Below are positions 62,056-64,000 of a DNA stretch of 64,000 nucleotides, piece after piece. Position 1 is the stretch's first letter, and each line of letters opens with the position of its first letter. The notes below the pieces were generated by a model. That model made no database searches and was not told the origin of the DNA. It saw only the letters and a program-made list of their open reading frames with translations. The DNA lies in assembly GCA_964234715.1 (NCBI GenBank), contig OZ174288.1. One strand, 5' to 3'. Both the position numbers and the translations under genes were made by a program. This DNA is from Podarcis melisellensis. Its lineage: Eukaryota.

Positions 62056-64000
62056 CATCCTAAATACACCACAGTCTCCACTAGGACTCATTCCAAAAGG
62101 AAACACAAACCCTGGGTATGTGTCTAGAACCCCTGGAGTCTCACACCACTCAGAGACTGGGGTGGCATGCAACAATACATTTTCAGAATTGCAAATTATT
62201 AAAGCTTATAATCACAAGGTTCCTCAAATCATTTAGATGAAAAAAGAACTCCTCTTTGGAACTTACTGTATACTGTTTTAGGTCAAAAACATATCCTGTG
62301 ATTTTTCTTGCTGCTAGCACATATAAAGAGGCGTTATAGGAAACAAACCTGTCTGCATCAACCAGTAACTATCTAATTTTGAAATAATCTGATTAACCTT
62401 CCAGAAAATTCTGTAGTGAATAGAAAAATACATCCCTATGTGAATTATACAAAAGGCTATACAGGATATGCTGTGCAGTGTCTTTGTTCTGGCCTGATAT
62501 ACACACACAAAGATGGTCATTGGTTGGCCTGTTAAAGAATTTACCAGTCCAGTATTCTGTGGGCATAAGTTGAAATGAAGCTGAGTAAACATGTCTAATG
62601 GGTGCGAAAATTAATTCCCTTAGATAAGCAGCCTTTTGTGGTTTGTTTGAATTTTCATATACAAACCGCTGTACAAATCTAATAATCTAATCAAATCATG
62701 AATCTTAACATATCATTACATAAAATGATATTACAGCTGAAACAGTTACAGCATTGTTTATAGGTTTCTCTGTTCTGGAGATCTAAAAACTACAGCTTTG
62801 CTAGATATTGATTTGGCCTTACTGAGTTTGTTTCCCAGTATAGAATCTTATTTTATTTTATTTTATTTTATTTTTATATCACCCTTCATCCATAGATCTC
62901 ATTGTGGTTCACAACATAAAAATACAAGAACAAAACACAAAACACATAATAAAAACAAGAACAAAAACAAACCAATAAGAAAGCAAGAACTTTCTGCTCC
63001 TGTTAACAGGGTTGCCTCCACCTAGGAGATATTTGGTGCCTTTGAGAAGGGGCATGTTATACACAATTCTCAAATACAGGACCATAGGATTGTATGTCTG
63101 CTCTGCTTTGTTTGTGTACATTAAGAGAAAGCTTTTAGATTACTTCAGTTTTAAGTAATACACCAAGTTTCAGCTTAGATATATATTGTTGCATCTTTGG
63201 CATCTGTTCACATGTTTACTAAACATTACTAATAGAGTTTCTTGCTCTGCAGATGGAACACTTGGCCACTGAGTTCTGCAGCAGTTGTTGGGACAGTATG
63301 ATTGGTCCTCAGGAAGCCTAGGAGTATTACTGCTCTGTGAAATCAGAATTATTCATGCACTCAGGGAGCCTCTGAAGAAAATGGAAATGTTTTTGCCATG
63401 AATTTCTGTTCTCTGAGTCTCCCAGACGACATTCCACCCACCCTTCTTTCTGGGGCCAGCATATAACTTTCCACTAAGAATTAAAAGCATGGATTCTGCA
63501 AGTGCCATACATGTGAGAGGGGCCTCTACGGACTTCTGGGTTCAATTCCCTTTCTCACTCCTCTTTTCATACATTATATTCATCATCAATAGTTGTATAT
63601 GGGATTTGCTTTGAGGTAACTCACATACCAGTTGTGTGTTTTGATTCCGCCACCCCCTTTCCAGTTTGGGGTTAAGAGGTTGCTTGCTCTTCCAGTTTAG
63701 ATTAGAAGTCAGGGGAGCAATGGGAAATGATCCTGCCTAGGTGTTCCAGAGGGCGAAGCCATCCTGATGTGGACAACCACAGTTACCCCATTTCATGGTC
63801 TTTTGGCCCCACTAATTACAGTTTCTTTCCTCTGTACCTGTGTGTATGTCTCCTAGGCTTTAAATTACCAGTGTATTTACTAGTCTTTAAGCTGTTATAA
63901 AACTCTGTTTTGTTTGTGCTTATCTAAGTGAGCCCTCACATTTCTTTACCTACATAGCTTTCAAATGCAGCTCAAGGCAATTTTTTTTATCTCCTATGCC

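Noticed and set aside
61493-62236. 186-aa and 148-aa ORFs
   Set aside because: Overlap a decayed MITE, have no recognisable domain and use non-ATG starts.
1-64000. C7orf50 exons and miR-339 expected from mammalian synteny
   Set aside because: No recognisable sequence for either; nesting in C7orf50 remains an inference.

Overview
Eukaryotic, AT-rich, repeat-rich vertebrate DNA. The repeat content (Sauria SINEs, CR1, L2, BovB, Penelope, hAT and Tc1/mariner MITEs) points to a squamate, most likely a lacertid lizard. The window holds three co-oriented, minus-strand class-A GPCR coding exons with no introns in the CDS. GPR146 (41270-42271) and GPER1/GPR30 (8970-10040) are readily recognisable. 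Between them lies an intact 346-aa orphan 7TM ORF (21457-22497). It aligns helix by helix to GPER1 but has lost nearly every class-A signalling motif (DRY->SFF, CWxP->CRLF, NPxxY->SLVII, N1.50, D2.50 and W4.50 changed). I know of no counterpart at the human locus. In mammals GPR146 and GPER1 sit antisense inside an intron of C7orf50 (cholesin). No C7orf50 exon was recognisable, so the window is probably intronic to it. Notable non-coding items are a Penelope-derived palindrome with two minimal hammerhead-ribozyme motifs in the GPR146 intron, a young hAT element carrying a GC-rich tandem array of hairpins, a Ty1/copia integrase relic, several nested insertions, and candidate non-coding first exons and promoters. 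All alignments were done by eye; no database searches were run.
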